Assembly: GCF_009914755.1 (NCBI RefSeq)
Contig: NC_060946.1
Length of the DNA stretch: 64,000 bases
Source of the DNA: the human T2T-CHM13v2.0 reference genome, Homo sapiens
Direction: 5' to 3' (one strand)
Position 1 is the first letter of the stretch; each line of letters starts with the position of its first letter. Positions 63,037 through 64,000 of the stretch are shown here, in pieces. A model generated the notes under the pieces. That model saw nothing but the letters and a program-made list of their open reading frames with translations, searched no databases and was not told the DNA's origin. A program made the position numbers and the translations under genes.

Positions 63037-63112
63037 CTGGATCAGAGCACGGACTTTGAAGAGCGGAAGCTCATCCGGGCTGCACTTCGTGAGCTCCGAC
63101 AAAGGAAGAGAG
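63037..63112 (+). CDS. SMTN: Smoothelin exon 13, LDQSTDFEERKLIRAALRELRQRKR; gene continues beyond the window
   Basis: ATGCAG| acceptor after a 78-nt intron, GAG|GTAGAG donor, 76 nt; third smoothelin-repeat motif. Confidence 0.93.
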
Positions 63113-63124
63113 GTAGAGAGCCAG

Positions 63125-64000
63125 TTGCCCTACCCTAGATCCAGCTGCCCCATTCCCCAGCTGCTCCCCTCATACTCTGGGGTCCATTTGTGGACACCCC
63201 AGCTTAATAACTGCCCTACCCAGCTTCTCCTTCTCTAGACCCAGCAGTTCCCTTGGCTATTCCCTGCTGGATCCAGCTGCTCCTTCCCTAGCTCCTTCTC
63301 TCCCGCTGGTGACCCCAGTTATTCTCCCCAACCAGCTTCTCTTCTCCTTCCTAGACCCAGATACTCCCTCCCGCAGCTACTCTCTCCTTGGATCCAGTTG
63401 CCTCTCAAAGTACTGTCAACGACTCCTTCCCTGAATCCAGATACTCCTTCTCCCTGCTGCTCCTCTCTCCCTGAAGTCCATTGATGGCCATCTTAGCCTC
63501 TGCCCCATCCAGCTTCCCTTTTCCTGGACACAACTACTTCCTCCCCCAGATAGTTCTTCCCTGGACACATCTATTCATTCCCTTAGATTCTGGGTTCAAT
63601 TGCTTCTCCTCTCAAACACTCTCAATTACTCCTCTGAATCTAGCTGCTTCTGCCAGGGCCCACTGATGGCCACCCCAGTCTCTATCTCTACCCACCTACT
63701 TCTATTTTAAGCCCAGTTAACCCCCTTCACTAGCTTCTCTCCCAGCTACTCTTCCCCTGGATCAGATTGCTTCTCAGATCCCATCAATTGCTCCCTTCCT
63801 GGATCTAAATATTCCTGCCTCCAGCTGCTCTTCTCCTCCAACCAAAGACCTGCTGATGGCCCACCCAGCTACTTCCTCACTCAGCTTCTCCTTCCTTGGA
63901 CTCAGCTACCCCCTCACTAGATCTAGATACCCCTCCTGACTTAGCTACTCATGCCTATAGAAACCCTTTTTGGATCCATACCCCTTTGAGTTTAGCTATT
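63125..64000 (+). repeat. Degenerate pyrimidine-rich minisatellite-like array in SMTN intron 13
   Basis: Recurrent (T/G)RGAYCCAGYTRCYCYTYCC motif at e.g. 63135, 63235, 63269, 63351, 63390, 63433, 63917. Confidence 0.75.

Overview
Primate (very likely human, chr22q12) genomic DNA. Bases 1-~47,600 are an extremely Alu-dense intergenic stretch. It also holds MaLR/ERV solo LTRs, L1/L2/MIR relics, hAT DNA-transposon fossils, a full-length 7SL RNA retrocopy and several small duplications of unique sequence. From ~48,400 to the end lies the 5' two-thirds of smoothelin (SMTN, + strand): CpG-island promoter, non-coding exon 1 and coding exons 2-13. All junctions are GT-AG and phase-consistent, giving 620 codons in the window; the C-terminal CH-domain exons lie beyond it. 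The smoothelin-A internal start (M457, MKTTF) is in exon 10. Most notable is a 143-codon ATG-initiated exon in intron 11 (60953-61381). It encodes a leucine-zipper coiled coil resembling the N-terminus of the paralogue SMTNL2, splices in frame to exon 12, has muscle-type motifs upstream, and contains an internal acceptor that could give a 31-aa RRRSS-bearing cassette. A second CpG island in intron 2 carries a perfect CArG box and an in-frame alternative first exon. Most ORFs in the supplied track are Alu or GC-rich artefacts. Repeat family names and repeat boundaries were assigned by eye, not by RepeatMasker.
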